DNA of 16,462 nucleotides from Bdellovibrionota bacterium (GTDB lineage Bacteria; Bdellovibrionota_C; UBA2361; JBIKWN01): NCBI GenBank assembly GCA_044356295.1, contig JBIKWN010000056.1, positions 1 to 16,462 of the forward strand, read 5' to 3'. Shown piece by piece: positions 16,012 to 16,462 of this stretch (position 1 is its first letter; each line of letters starts with the position of its first letter). The notes under the pieces were generated by a model. It saw only the letters and a program-made list of their open reading frames with translations, ran no database searches and was not told where the DNA came from. The position numbers and the translations under genes were made by a program.

Positions 16012-16461
16012 TTAAGCCGCTTTATCGGACGACATATACAGTGCTAATGGATTTGCACCTGTATCTTCAACTGGTGTTGGAAATTTAAGTTCAACAACTT
16101 CTGTCGGACCTGAGTAGGTTTCTTGAGAAGAAGCATCAGTTTTAGGGAACTCTAAGCATAACATCTCAGCTTCATTTTTATCTTCAGGAGCATGAGGATA
16201 TCCGATTCGTTCAGGAAGTCGTGCAGTCTCCCTAAGCGCCAATAATGATTCCAAAAGCTCGACAGAGAATGGATTACCACTTCTCATCTGTTTGATTGCA
16301 AACTCAAGAACGCTATTTGTTAACAGCCCTTCTTCTGTAGGCTTACCAGAAATAGTGTGACCAAAAGCGTCAATTATTGTCGCCCCATGAGCAGAAAGTG
16401 CAAGACTTTCTGAACGGTTTAATCTGTCTGAATTTGAAAGCTCACTTCCTAGAGCTAGTAA
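16012..16461 (-). CDS. Hypothetical protein, 3' part (5' end outside the window)
   Basis: The frame of the 91-aa ORF stays open to the window edge (LLALGSELSNSDRLNRSESLALSAHGATIIDAFGHTISGKPTEEGLLTNSVLEFAIKQ-MRSG...), so the ATG at 16287 is probably internal. No family recognised. Confidence 0.65.
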   Translation of the reverse strand, partial: LLALGSELSNSDRLNRSESLALSAHGATIIDAFGHTISGKPTEEGLLTNSVLEFAIKQMRSGNPFSVELLESLLALRETARLPERIGYPHAPEDKNEAEMLCLEFPKTDASSQETYSGPTEVVELKFPTPVEDTGANPLALYMSSDKAA

Positions 16462-16462
16462 A

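Overview
AT-rich, densely coding bacterial DNA, mostly on the minus strand. (1) 2-222: 3' end of an IS481-like transposase, missed by the ORF track, with an apparently broken terminal repeat. (2) 311-8158, the main feature: a compact, highly divergent type III secretion/flagellar-export-like locus. In transcription order it holds a multi-FHA membrane protein, a Zn-ribbon/acidic/FHA protein, sctJ, a small FliG/SctK-position protein, a SctO-like coiled coil, sctQ, sctR, sctS, a membrane-only sctU, a small ORF and a SycD/LcrH-like TPR chaperone. No needle, secretin, SctT, SctV, SctN or SctL is recognisable in the window. The export-gate subunits have lost hallmark gating motifs: the SctR Met loop, the SctS TQxxE loop and the SctU NPTH domain. 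An opposite-strand secreted-protein gene sits between sctQ and sctR, and a 29-bp inverted repeat follows sctU. (3) 8337-10918: a single-domain response regulator, a Rossmann/DUF2520 oxidoreductase and an HDOD-like protein. (4) 11039-15936: two GT-C-like polytopic membrane proteins flanking a membrane-anchored TPR protein. (5) A partial hypothetical gene at the right edge. All family calls come from motif recognition by eye, not database searches.
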